Shown in pieces: positions 1 through 12,032 of a stretch of DNA of 64,000 nt. The notes beneath the pieces were generated by a model. It ran no database searches and had not been told where the DNA came from. It saw nothing but the letters and a program-made list of their open reading frames with translations. The translations under genes were made by a program, and so were the position numbers. The stretch spans positions 1,551,676 to 1,615,675 of the forward strand of contig BCGN01000004.1 in assembly GCA_001599295.1 (NCBI GenBank), in the 5' to 3' direction. The number at the start of each line of letters is the position of its first letter. Within the stretch, counting starts at the first letter, position 1. Origin of the DNA: Sporopachydermia quercuum (lineage: Eukaryota).

Positions 1-1679
1 TTCTTGTTGTTCTCTGATCAAAGGAACTTCTTCTGCTTTCTTGGTCACTAGGTCGACATCAATAACATTTACCGAATGCCCATTGGCTTTATTGGATTTC
101 TCCACTAGATTTGCCGCGTTGGAACCGTTAAGAGGTCTTCCTTCGCCTTCGCCTTCTGAGATTTCCCGCATGTTGGGATCCATTGCGTTGAGCATTCCTT
201 TAACATCGATACCGGATTGGCTGAGCCAGCCGTCTTGAGGGAAGGTGATACTAACTTCTAAGTACAAATCACCGTGATCTTTCCTCTTAGAAAAGAATGA
301 ACTTGTTTGCTTAGATCGCTGTATAGGCATACCTTCTCCTTCAATAAATATATACTCTCCAGGACGAATAACTTTTGCGGAAGGTGATGTTACTTTGATA
401 GCTCTACCATCTAAATGATAAAGTAACACTCTTGAAAATCCGCAAATAGCTTCAGATAGTGAGATTGTCACACGAGCATGTAAATCATTTTCATATCGAG
501 TGAATGTGTCGTGTGGCACTTGATTGAGTTGCAGTATAATATTACCAGCTTTGAGTCCGTACTAAAAATCAGTTAGTTTATCAATATTGAACATGATATC
601 GACACAGTAGCATCCCAATAATATCCAATATATTAAAAGTTTCATTAGGACATACCTTTTCATCCGCTTCACCTTTTTTGATAATACAATCTTTATCAAA
701 TGAACCAGGCTCTACATAAAACTCTAGTATCTTTCTTTCTGGCGTTAAACCTTTACCCAAACACTTTTTGCATCTATATTTTGAGCTAAAAGTTGAACCA
801 GTTCCTGAGCATTCTTCACATGTGAGGTACTCCATTGTTGTATAGCCAGGTCCTAATCTATGAATCTTCCTGACTTCTCCCTTTCCATCACACTTTTTAC
901 ATCTTCTTTTAGATGCCTTTGGCTTAGCTCCAGTACCATTACATAGAGAACATAGCTTATTCCTAGCACTTTGAATTTTAATCGTTTTTCCTTTGTATAA
1001 ATCTTCTAATGTGATAGCTGCATCAATCGTTGCATCTTCTGTAGTAGTCCGCTTAGGCTTTTTGGCATACGATCTATTAGGGCCTGGTCCTGGTGCTGCG
1101 CCCCCACTCATATTGAAGAAGAATTGGAAAAAGTCATCTGGACCAAAGTCGTTTTCCTCTTCGTAAGCGTACGATCCATTTGCATTGAAATTAGTGTTGA
1201 ATGAGCCTTCTTCAGCTCCAAAATTGTCATAATGTGCTCTTTTGTTGTCTAGACATATATCAAACAAATATGTTAGTAACAATGAACCATACTGTCAGAA
1301 CCTGATCTGACGCCATTACCATATGTTTAGTAACTCAACTTACCATCAGAAAGAATCTCGTAAGCATGCCTTATCTCTTTGAATTTTTCCTCAGCTTCCT
1401 CACGTTCCTCAGGGGACACCTTATCTGGATGGCAGCTTAAAGCGGCTTTCCTATAAGCTTTCTTTATTTCATCACTAGAGGCACTTTTGCTAATACCTAA
1501 AAGTTCATAGTAGTCTGCCACTATTCCGTTTAGTTAGTTTCATGGTCTTCAAAATTATTCAAATCACTTCAATCTAGTTCANGCTTCTGTTATAAGAGTG
1601 TACATCAGAAGAAACCAATCATCACATATGTAAATAAAAAACATATCGTCAAATGTTTAAAGACCAATTGCCACATACT
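1..1679 (-). CDS. Type I Hsp40/DnaJ co-chaperone (Xdj1/Apj1/Ydj1 family, most like Xdj1); 3' end runs off window
   Basis: Coding exons (minus): 1679 (the single A of ATG), 1520-1344, 1248-656, 561-<1. Introns 1678-1521, 1343-1249 and 655-562 all have GTA(T/A)GT donors, ACTAAC branch points and TAG acceptors. Protein has a J domain ([14 protein letters not shown]), four CxxCxGxG zinc repeats and a C-terminal DnaJ domain ([31 protein letters not shown]). Confidence 0.9.
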
Positions 1680-2291
1680 TCTTAACTACTTCGCTTTGGA
1701 ATTTGTACAAATTGTAATTCAATAATCACAATATACGGGTGCACTAGTCACAATCACGTTTGCAACGAATTTACTATCAGAAAAATTCAGCAGTCACTGC
1801 CTAAAACACTGTTATCATCAATGTACTTCACAGGCTTGCTCTATTTTCTTGTTGGATATATATCGAATGATTCTGTATCATAGTATTGGCCTTCTGCCTA
1901 TTAGACCCAATTTGTTTAATATCACTAGAAACATAATTTTTTCTTTGGAGTAATAGTAAACTTTATTTTGTTGGTGGAACAACTGTAAGTCTCACTTCAG
2001 AGAGTAATAGCTAGATTGATACGTGAAGATGGAAATTGTCCCTTAACGGTAGAGTATTTTCTACAATTAATAGACATGATGAAGCAATTTGATGGTAATA
2101 TATCAGCGATTAATATTGTTTATCTGCGGTTTGTTGTGCTTCCAAGAACTATGTTCTTTTCCTCCTGAATTTTTCTGGATTTTATTAGTTCTTATAAACT
2201 TTTTTGTAAGCTCATGCTACAAAAATATCCTTCCATTTCCATTTGAATAATACTAGAGTTCATACCCTATCTCCCGTATGCAAATGTTCAA

Positions 2292-4112
2292 ATGTTCTAC
2301 TATATGGATTATCTATTAAGGTGCTTCTATAAGGCCACAGACTGGAATCTGGATAATATTTATCCCAACATATGTGAAACACCTCGTGCTATATTAAATT
2401 TCAGGGTTCCCGACGGAGTTTCACTGGAGATATCGTCGCAAGCATCAGCCAGTTCAGCCACTTCATACACACTAACCAATCGTGGTTTCGTCCGGGGCTC
2501 AATTGCTTATCTATACTCTTCTACACCGTTGNAAAATGTATCTGGATCAAAAGATATCAGTTTAAAAGATGCGATTGCCAGTTATAGAATACTTGATCTT
2601 CCTAGGTTGCCAGAATTAGCTAAGTATAAAGAAATATGGCTAGGGGGACGAAGAGTTGATAAAGCAGGTAAGTGAGACAGGTATACTGGTAGAATATATT
2701 TCAAGCAACCATGCTTTATTGATATTTTGAAGGGCCATCGTATCAATAAGTTTTCAATGAGAAAAAATTTCTCTAGCGGAATAGGATCCGTCATTGATTC
2801 AATACTAACTTATCAATCTCTTTTATAGATACATTGATGTACGGTCGTATGTATCTACCGGAGAACACACTGGAGGCTATGATAATCAGAAGAGTATCAC
2901 CTACACTGCAGCTATTGGTTACGGCAGCCAGTGACCATAGGTATAAAAACAAAGGAAGCGTATGTCAGCTGTCACTTGATATGGGTCCCTCAGAGCTATT
3001 CTAAATCAACATTCGTATTCAGTTCCTTCAGTTCTTGACCAAACTAACTAAACATTAACTAGATGACATTCTATCTACAGCGAGATTTGGGAAAATTTGC
3101 TCATGAATATATTCTATCAACAAACGAAGCATTAATTGGGTTTAGAGGCGTTTATAACTTTGGATATGACGAAAAAGTGAAAGAAAAGTACAATGAGTCA
3201 TCTGACAAGTCTCAAGTAACTGTTGGTGGTGAAGTATACCTTGGATTACTAAATAAAAGTCCTGGATGTAAGTCTTATATTGAATGAACATTGGAAAATG
3301 TAAATATTGGAATTACTTATACGAATCATTTTAACATAGATTTAATGATAATATGACAAACTCGTGAACACTTTACGTTATGTTTGTTGGGTTATTATGT
3401 TATCTGAATGCTGATTATTTTATTCGTTATTAATGTCCCAGCTACTTATCTTGAGTACTTGTTAAGTTCAATGCATCCAATTACTACTCTAATTATTAAT
3501 CGTTTTTCTTATTTCACTCATTCAACTAACATTTCTCTAGTATCAACCGCGGTTAGGTACACAACCGAATCTGCTTACACAAGCAAACCATTAACTATGA
3601 CTTTTGCTTGTAATCCTTTGATAGGATTCGTCTCGATGACGTATAATGTTCACACATCCTCAGCCTCATCCTTCTGTTCAAAATATGACTTTAATTTCTA
3701 CTCTTATGAGAGCGATTTGTCGATAGGAATGGAAATTTGGAGGAACGGTAATAAATTTGTCAGTGATGACGATTTGATACAATATCAGCAATACGCAAAT
3801 AAAAAGGCCAACACCCATACTTCAACTAGCACTGCAAATACTAATACAACTAATCTCAGGAATATGAATAATAATAACGACGATGCTGTTTCTATTGACA
3901 AAAATTCAAACATAAATACCGAAACGTCAGCTACTAAGGGTCCTTTTACTAATGTTATAAAGGCCAGTACCAGTATAACTGCACGAACTTTGAAACTTCT
4001 ATGGGAAGGCAGATTCAAAGAATTTTTGGTTTCAGCAGGTGTAGCTATGAATCTCAATGATAACTTACCTGTGATACCTAATATTGGAATTCAGCTTCAA
4101 TATAGTTCCTGA
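2292..4112 (+). CDS. MDM10: Mitochondrial outer membrane beta-barrel Mdm10 (ERMES/SAM)
   Basis: Exons 2292-2667, 2829-2959, 3063-3267, 3541-4112 join in frame via GT-AG introns with ACTAAC branch points. Motifs: MDYLLRCFYKATDWN.DN.Y, LMYGRMYLP..LEAM, FCSKYDFNFYSYESDL, LLWEGRFKEFLVSAG, GIQLQYSS C-terminus. Confidence 0.93.
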
Positions 4113-5415
4113 AGGTTCACTTTGAAGCTCCATATAATAGCTGTNAATATAACGTGCGACTAATTTTTCCCATTAGGAAATGCGTATGATATTCTTCTCT
4201 AACATCCAGTAGACCAACCTACAGATCTGATGTTATTACGTAAATATCGCTAGCAATAGCATGATCAGCGAATAAATGAATGGAGCTATGGAGTGCATAA
4301 TTATTCACAATTTTTGCTGATTAGAGATTAAGAATAATCAACATCGTTACCTTTCTTTTTTACATTACAAGTCATCACCTGATAATCGACATAGACGGCT
4401 TTCAAGCTCTGAGCGCTAATTCACTGTCGTAGCGCAGAAGGGGATACCTACAGTATTATATTCAGTACTACCAATAGACAAGAAAATATCAAATGACATC
4501 AGTCATCATATTTTTATGAAATTGCCAATTCAAAGTCTATCTTGTTTGATCATCCTTAAGTTTTTCAACTCTTGTGTCGCCTCCCTCCTGTACCAAGATT
4601 TCTAGAATCGTGATCCAAACTAATGGACTGATTTATTTCTATAACTCTCAAAATATAGGTCTTATTACGCGAGATATACAAGNGGCAATTCATAACAATT
4701 TCAGTAGTTTCATTTAACTCCTATAATAAGTAATATATATCTATCTTCATGGTAACTCCCTACTGTTGATACTCTTGCAGACTTGATTGTCAAGAAAAGT
4801 AAAACCCCCAGCAGATGCTTTTGTAAAGCATAATTAGATGTAAATTCTTGGAAGAGAAATCGAGGACTTGAAAGCTGGATGGTTGAAGTTAGCTTTTTTG
4901 CTATTTAGATCTTTGAATCAAAAGATGTTTCGAAGAATAATGTTAATGTTTTAATAAAGAGATTTTCTTTTCCATAAGTAGGAAAAAGTACTTATAACTG
5001 GTAGAATCAGTAATACAGGTAATGAAACTGTATGCTTGCTTCCACTGTTAACAATGCATGGTAATATGAAGATTCAGTAGAGACGGGATACACATTAAGT
5101 TAACGTATCTAAAGACCGGGATATAAATAATTTCATTCTTTTTAAAGAATAATAGCTGACTTTACTGAAGAAATCGGAATGCTGAAAACAAGTTGTTTGA
5201 ATTAGCTACGGCTAGCCTTATCGAAGCATCTCACATATAACGGCTAATCACGCATCGTGTTGCAGCTGTTAGTCAGAGATAGTCGATTACCTCGTTAATA
5301 ATTGATTAATTTTCTTTCAACTGAGTCAATTCAGTTCAAATAGTTTACAGTCAATATCACCTATTTCAACATATNTAGGAAAACCAGTAGTAACGCACCT
5401 GTTATTTATGTCTTC

Positions 5416-8400
5416 TTATACATAGGTAGGTCTCAACCAGGATCTAACTACTCCTCCATCACCACATACTGTAACACTTGAACAACTAAAGTTCACACAA
5501 CTCAAACTACCAGAAAACACTTCTTGGTTGAATATTGCCTGTATAATTGGTATGTCATTATGGGATCCCAATTCATGAATCCTCACCGCTGCAACTTCTC
5601 CTGCTCCATCTTCTTCTCCAAATTCCTTCCCTGTATCAGATCTATCATCATCCATTGTGAAAGCGCTCAACGAGCTAATATTCCTAGCATGTTGAGCTCT
5701 AAAAACCCCAACAGCTCCATGACCAGAACTAACACTGATACTTCTTTCAGTTTTTCTAGCTCCACCTGCTTTACTATTAACTACGTTTACTTTAGGTCTT
5801 CCCAATAATCTAGGAGAAAAATCCCAAAAGAGCAATCTACCATCATCACCAACCGATCCCAGTCGATAAGTTTCCTGTGATAACTCACAGCGCCATTCAT
5901 CAAATTTAATATCACGAACCCACGACCTATGACCTTGTCCTCTGCAAACAAGGCGCACATTCGGATCCAGTATAACCTCTTCAAGTTTCGCAAGACTAGA
6001 ACTATCATTAGGATCTAATCCGCCATATGGAAAACTATAAATTGATACCATATCATCTTGGCCACCAGCTGCAATGAAACGACCGTCTGGAGACCATGCA
6101 AGAGATAGAACTCCACCATAAAAACTTTGAAACACATGCAAGACAGATTCTCTGTAAAAATCAAAAATACAAAGGTATCCATTAGCGTCAGCAATAGCAA
6201 GATATTTACCATTTGGTGAAAATTTTAGCACAGTGATAGGATCTTTGCTTATTTGGTAGCTGGCTACAATACTGTCATTGAACTTGTCTTCTCTGCTAGT
6301 ATCATATAAGCTTCGTTTGACTTTTACATGCCGTTCCCCGTTACTGTCAGCTTTCTGGAAGCTTCCATGTTTTTTCTGAACATCATGTATATTAGATGAT
6401 TTCCCCAGCACATTGAATACTACGACAGAGCCATCAGTAAAGCCAGCAACGACTAGCTTCTTATCATAAACGAAGTCTCTTATATGGGTATCCCAGATAT
6501 GATTATTTAATTCTGGGAATTGAGTAGCACAAGGCAGATTAGATACTAGAGGCACCCAAGCCACTGCTATACATCCCGAACCAGGGTTTGGTTCAATTTC
6601 TGCTAGGAAACCAGTTTTGGCTCGTTGACCCTGATTCTCATTGAATCTGGTGGCCCTCCCTGCTAAAGCGTCCAGCCAGAGGATTTCCCCTGAAGTAAAT
6701 CCAATGACGATATCCATTCCGCCTAGTCCATTCTTCTGACTTAAAGAGCTGTACAAGGAAATACCTGAAGGGGAATTATTATTGTTGGAATTGCTTCCGC
6801 TAATTGATGTACTGTTTGCCGAGTGTGGATGCACATTGTCATGTGATTTCTTACCACGGTAAAATGAAGACTTAAACGGGTTGAACTTATGACCTGAATT
6901 ACCTAAATAAGACAGTCCAAGTCGCCGGAAAGACTCAGAAGGAACAGCAGGTAATTCACCAGAGTCTTCAAAGTTAACTACTCGAGTTCCCACAGATTGG
7001 TAGTTCAAATCAATGGCACTGATGCGATTCATAGGTTTTGAAAAGGATAAAGAAAATAAGGGTTCTGCCTTCCTTTTGAGCTTGAGAAATTCACCAATGC
7101 TTTTCCGAGATTCGAGACATGTTGAGATAAGGTTCTGCATACAATATTCCACATCGGACGACAATTCATCGGAATATTCGTATCTCTTTAAACTAGAATT
7201 CTCATCTAGTAACAACTGGAGATTACGGCCAAAAGCATAAAACTGAAACTCATCGTCGTATTTGTTACTAGGTGTTTCGGGAACAATCCCAGATAATGCG
7301 ATTTTAACTTCATTTTGCCCATTGCTATTCCGAGATTTTCCGCTCCCTGGTTCGGTAGAATCAGATTCTGATATATTAGATTTGAAGTTAAACCCAAAAA
7401 AGTTAAACCCTGTTCCTTTGGAATTGGATGATTCTGTATTTCGGGTAGAAAGCGGATCAACTCTAGTGGAATGTCTCGAAATACCTGGAGTACTAGGATC
7501 AGCGGATTCTAGAACTGTAGCTAAGCCAAAGGGATCGAATTCAGTTCTTTGCGTTGTTTCATTCTCTTTTTCCAGTTGTTTTTCGGATTCCGTTTCTGAC
7601 ACACCTTCAAAATATTGTTCGGCAAATTTTCCAAGCTTATGGGTATTAATCTGACTTTTACTCATAAATGGGGTTGAATTCGAATATACATTTTCTTTCG
7701 GGGTCGTCCCAAAAGTATTAGTACCTCCCGTCCATTCAGGAGACTGAACTCGATTCAAGTTCCGTAGCGAAAAGCCAGTGGAACTATTAGTGGATGCCCT
7801 AGCAACAGCTGAACTTGATGATCCACTAGTAATGGTCTTCTGTAATGATAATTGGTCATCAGTATCTATTCCCAAATGAGCAGCATCAGATGACCATTTT
7901 TCGGCTCGTTTCATCATTGCTGGGGCTAATAATCCTGAAATTGATCTGTTTCCAACACTGCTCCGTTTGGTATTTCCGCTACTAGTACTAGTACTTCGGT
8001 GAATCCCCAATTGATGCATGCCTATATATCTTGTTCTATTGATAGCAAATACACCATAGACAGTGTAGAAAAAATAATAATTGCTAATTCTGTCCTTTCC
8101 ATCATTGAATTTCATGAAAAACGCATCGTCCAAAAATTCTAACAGTGGAGATGAATAGAATTCCGGTAATAAATTATTCAAACTATTATCCGTGATGGTC
8201 TGTGGTCTAGTGATGGATGTCTGACGAGGTCTTAGTAAACTACCCTCTCTTTTGTTAGCTGTTACTCGTCTCCAATGAACTAGTTTGATACCAATTCCAG
8301 TACAGCCAGGCAATAGATGCGAAAATTGATAAGAATCGGGAGTTAAAGGATTCAGTTGTATGTGATACTGAGCAAACGCTGGGTGAAAGGGAAAGAGGTC

Positions 8401-8880
8401 CAACACTGATTGAGGTTTATTGGCAGTGTCACTTAAATCTTTGACTGCTTCTTCCGCCACAAAAGCTTCGCCCACGCTCTTTTTTTGAACAAACGTATTG
8501 ACAAGTTTATTTAATTTCTTCTCAACAGCGGGAACAACAGCATAATGGGAATTGTGAACAGCACTCAAATAGATATCATCTTTTGGCCAGTATTCCCCAT
8601 CTAGTACTCGGAAAGGCTTCCATAGTGTATCGCATTGTTTTAAATCTTCGTCATATTCTCTCTCACCCCAGGTTTTCGGTTTNCGGAAACTCACAGTCCC
8701 TAGTTCTGGTTCTGGTAGTATGATTTTCTCTTCAGTGTATGTGAATATTGNGTTGTGATCTCCCACGTTGATAGGATAATATCCATGAGGGATTTCGCCT
8801 ACCAAGACAGGATCAACCCCTAGAACCGAACTTTGGAGATTCGTAGGTCTCAGGCCCGTCACACCGAGCATTGAATACAT
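5416..8880 (-). CDS. WD40-repeat protein, CreC/WDR20 (DMWD)-like deubiquitinase cofactor
   Basis: 1154-aa ORF. C-terminal WD repeats FQSFYGGVLSLAWSPDGRFIAAGGQDDMVSIY, CRGQGHRSWV..KFD and YRLGSVGDDGRLLFWDF match the CreC/WDR20 pattern. Long Ser-rich N-terminal part. Confidence 0.75.
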   Translation of the reverse strand: MYSMLGVTGLRPTNLQSSVLGVDPVLVGEIPHGYYPINVGDHNXIFTYTEEKIILPEPELGTVSFXKPKTWGEREYDEDLKQCDTLWKPFRVLDGEYWPKDDIYLSAVHNSHYAVVPAVEKKLNKLVNTFVQKKSVGEAFVAEEAVKDLSDTANKPQSVLDLFPFHPAFAQYHIQLNPLTPDSYQFSHLLPGCTGIGIKLVHWRRVTANKREGSLLRPRQTSITRPQTITDNSLNNLLPEFYSSPLLEFLDDAFFMKFNDGKDRISNYYFFYTVYGVFAINRTRYIGMHQLGIHRSTSTSSGNTKRSSVGNRSISGLLAPAMMKRAEKWSSDAAHLGIDTDDQLSLQKTITSGSSSSAVARASTNSSTGFSLRNLNRVQSPEWTGGTNTFGTTPKENVYSNSTPFMSKSQINTHKLGKFAEQYFEGVSETESEKQLEKENETTQRTEFDPFGLATVLESADPSTPGISRHSTRVDPLSTRNTESSNSKGTGFNFFGFNFKSNISESDSTEPGSGKSRNSNGQNEVKIALSGIVPETPSNKYDDEFQFYAFGRNLQLLLDENSSLKRYEYSDELSSDVEYCMQNLISTCLESRKSIGEFLKLKRKAEPLFSLSFSKPMNRISAIDLNYQSVGTRVVNFEDSGELPAVPSESFRRLGLSYLGNSGHKFNPFKSSFYRGKKSHDNVHPHSANSTSISGSNSNNNNSPSGISLYSSLSQKNGLGGMDIVIGFTSGEILWLDALAGRATRFNENQGQRAKTGFLAEIEPNPGSGCIAVAWVPLVSNLPCATQFPELNNHIWDTHIRDFVYDKKLVVAGFTDGSVVVFNVLGKSSNIHDVQKKHGSFQKADSNGERHVKVKRSLYDTSREDKFNDSIVASYQISKDPITVLKFSPNGKYLAIADANGYLCIFDFYRESVLHVFQSFYGGVLSLAWSPDGRFIAAGGQDDMVSIYSFPYGGLDPNDSSSLAKLEEVILDPNVRLVCRGQGHRSWVRDIKFDEWRCELSQETYRLGSVGDDGRLLFWDFSPRLLGRPKVNVVNSKAGGARKTERSISVSSGHGAVGVFRAQHARNISSLSAFTMDDDRSDTGKEFGEEDGAGEVAAVRIHELGSHNDIPIIQAIFNQEVFSGSLSCVNFSCSSVTVCGDGGVVRSWLRPTYV

Positions 8881-9758
8881 TTAGATGAACTGTCAATTAA
8901 TATGCACAGCCACCTGTTTTTATGATTAGATGTTGCTGATATATGGTAATGAGTTTCAAAAGAAATCAGTAAAATTGTGATGTGAATTGTATTGTATTAC
9001 TGCGGCGGGGGGNAAAGGTACATTCTCAAAACGTATGAGATATGTGGATTGAGCTACTATGACAGTTTTCCGAATCTTATACGTCAATTTATAAACCAAT
9101 TGAGTCGAATAAATTAATCAGTATATTTGTAATCATATAAGAACCAGTGCAATAATACATAATTTCATAAGGTAAGAAATACATTTGGAGCCGATAAGTC
9201 TGTGAAGTGAGTTTTATGGCTAGTTCTCTTCTTGGTAATAATTAGTCACGTAGATAATTCTGTAAACGGAAATCATAAGGTTAGCAAATTTCGGAGATGA
9301 TTAAGCTAAAACATTATCTCCTAAATATGTTATCTTTAAGGTACAGCCAAATTAATCGGGTTCATCGGAATTTCCGACATAGATCAACTGAGAATTTAGA
9401 GATCCGCTTCAAATCAGATTGAGCTAGTTAAAAAAAATTCTCTGTGTCTCTGTCAGACNGCAAGGAAGTACCAAATTAATTAAAGTGTCTTCATTGGCTC
9501 TAAGAGATCATACGAGGCATATGAAGAATTCGCTATTGCTACTGAGATATTTGCTTATACAAGTATAGGATTTTGATGCATTCTTCAAATCTATATCAGA
9601 TATTTTGGTTGCCGAATCAAAAGTTCTGGATTCGGTTTATAAGGCTGATCTCCATCAGCAATGACGTATCATTTCGGATATCCTGCTTTTTACATACCTT
9701 TCTAACCCTTCATCTTATTTTAATTCATTCTATGGCATTTGTCATTTTACATGGTATC

Positions 9759-11375
9759 TTATATCCATGGAGCCTTGGTCACGACTATTGGTTCATCCTT
9801 CCCTCCACTTGAACTACCATCTTTTGATTGTTTGCTATGAATTTTGCCTCCCCATTTGGGAATAATAGTCCTATTGTATGCTGTTGATGGCTCATCCTTA
9901 CTAATGGGAGTAGGTAATCCCCTTCTAGTAGCCCCCAATGGAGTTGCAAAAGAACTATGTTCATGATTTTCTTCACTTTCTTCCTTGCTTATATCGTCAG
10001 TATTATTATCGTTTGATTCATCTATAGCATTAAGCTTTTCTCCAGGTTCTTCTTCATGATCATGCACAGCTAAGTCATTTCCTTGTAGATCCTTCCAAGG
10101 ATAAAGAGCAGTACCAAACCAAAAATGCTGAACAACAGGGAACTTTCCCAAAACTTCAGCATTATACATTTTGATCATTCCTTTATAGATCTTGAGCCAA
10201 TTAGGTACTGCTGATATATCATATAATATAGGNGAATGTTCATAGAATGGACCTTTCTTATAGTGATAGATGAAAGCAATAGCACTAAAATACAGATTAG
10301 AGTGTTTGTAGTTAGAAACTGTTGCTTTTTCTAGTACAGAAGATGGCAAAGGAACTTTTAGCCTCCGAACGAATGGATGGCTTCTCGGTTTATTGAAGGA
10401 AGACTCGGAAGATTCAGACATGGAAGTTATGTCTGTGATTGTTGGATCATATGCTTTAAATTTCATCCGTTCATTTGCTTTTCTACTATCAATCCTGCCG
10501 GATGCTTCTTCGCGCGATAGTGAGATAAATTGGGCAGCGCCAAATATATACGGAAGATGGAAATGATCATCGAGCCCCCAGACTCCATGACTTCCAGCTG
10601 GCTCAAGTGTATACTTTATTATGAGTGCTCGGATAATGTCGAAATATATGTCAAATATTATTAGAATGTCTTGAGGGGTAATCTCACAGGGACTGATAGT
10701 ATCAGAAGTGTTATCACTAGTTGATGAGGTAGTAGAGTAATCATTACTATTGTTAGAATCACGTTTCTTCGGTTTGATGATATTCAGTTGTATCAAGCCA
10801 CCAATAAATGCAAGAAAACTCAATTCATGACCGGTACCAAAGTCAAGCCGAATATTTGACCCAAATGCTGATATGAAATAGTAGTTCAATTCATGTAACG
10901 CACTAGTAAATATGGTCTCGGCCTCTGAGTGATCGGATAAATCATTTCCTTTATGAAACAAATGAAAACAAGCATGTCGTATCCATTTTTTAGAGTGATG
11001 CCGAAGTTTTTCATGTAGTGTTCTAAATGCTAAGTTGCCATACCTTCTTGGCCCTTCCAATGGAGGTGTGTCTTCTATTATTGCTTCTAGTTGTTTAAGT
11101 ATATATAATACCGCTTGCACACCCTTTGTTGTACCGGGTTTCTCAGTATAACCAGTTCGAGTTGGTGTTGGTATTCCGCTGATCAAAAAGCTCAATTCTG
11201 AAATAAAATATTGAATCCGGAAGCAGGCAATTGATTGCATGAACTGATCCACATCCATTGCATTACTAATCTTCTTGGTTGGGCTACTGAATGACAATTT
11301 CCTGACATCACAAACCAACAGTGACTTGGCTGGCGACTCGGAATCAGTAGATAACGGAAGATCAAACTCAGACAT
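9759..11375 (-). CDS. RRD1: PP2A activator / PTPA (Rrd1 type)
   Basis: Motifs [69 protein letters not shown]. First ATG is at 11375 (the ORF track starts at an upstream TTG). Confidence 0.88.
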   Translation of the reverse strand: MSEFDLPLSTDSESPAKSLLVCDVRKLSFSSPTKKISNAMDVDQFMQSIACFRIQYFISELSFLISGIPTPTRTGYTEKPGTTKGVQAVLYILKQLEAIIEDTPPLEGPRRYGNLAFRTLHEKLRHHSKKWIRHACFHLFHKGNDLSDHSEAETIFTSALHELNYYFISAFGSNIRLDFGTGHELSFLAFIGGLIQLNIIKPKKRDSNNSNDYSTTSSTSDNTSDTISPCEITPQDILIIFDIYFDIIRALIIKYTLEPAGSHGVWGLDDHFHLPYIFGAAQFISLSREEASGRIDSRKANERMKFKAYDPTITDITSMSESSESSFNKPRSHPFVRRLKVPLPSSVLEKATVSNYKHSNLYFSAIAFIYHYKKGPFYEHXPILYDISAVPNWLKIYKGMIKMYNAEVLGKFPVVQHFWFGTALYPWKDLQGNDLAVHDHEEEPGEKLNAIDESNDNNTDDISKEESEENHEHSSFATPLGATRRGLPTPISKDEPSTAYNRTIIPKWGGKIHSKQSKDGSSSGGKDEPIVVTKAPWI

Positions 11376-11814
11376 GTTTGATAATATCTGTGATAATGAT
11401 AACAACCGAATACAAATTTACCACTGACGATGATAATGTAATAGATATCTGTCAATCGAATGTCACTTGTGATTTTCGAAATTCTAGTCCTTTAATAACG
11501 GTATAACTCTGCTGTTATAATTCTAGTATAAAATGTAGACGGAAAGAAAAGCTTCAGTAATCCAAACGTACGCTTTTCCTAATACTCATATCAATTGTTA
11601 TACAACACAACACATTCTCAATGAATTACCGGTCGATGGAAGAGATGAGGAATGATCTGTATGTCATATCGCATGAGATGACCCAAAATATGGGAGATAA
11701 TGTAAAACCATAATATCCGTTTCAGAAACACATCTTGAATATATAGATAGATAGCTCTCTCATTTTTCTTTCATAATCATTTCCGAAATTTTACTCAAAT
11801 CGGACATTATTGTC

Positions 11815-11828
11815 TATCCGGGTAATTT
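11815..11828. promoter_or_regulatory. Reb1-type site (CCGGGTAA) in the RRD1/NUP192 divergent promoter
   Basis: TATCCGGGTAATTT contains the Reb1 consensus TTACCCGG on the reverse strand; an identical 14-mer occurs at 61398-61411. Confidence 0.55.
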
Positions 11829-12032
11829 ACAAAGCTTAATACTATTCTCTGTAGCTCATAATAAATAAATACAAAAAACAATAGATCAAAACAATCTAGC
11901 GTTTAGCTCATCATCTGTTATGTAAGCCACCCCTACATTATAATGCCTTTTTGTTGCAGATAAGCCCATACCACTACAGATTCAATAGATGTCTTTATCA
12001 CTAGGGTAATTGATATCAAACTAGAATTCGCA

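Noticed and set aside
4113..5415. Possible snRNA or telomerase RNA in the MDM10-CreC gap (Sm-like AATTTTTG near 4310)
   Set aside because: No U1/U2/U4/U5/U6 signature or template recognised; the motif is expected by chance in AT-rich DNA.
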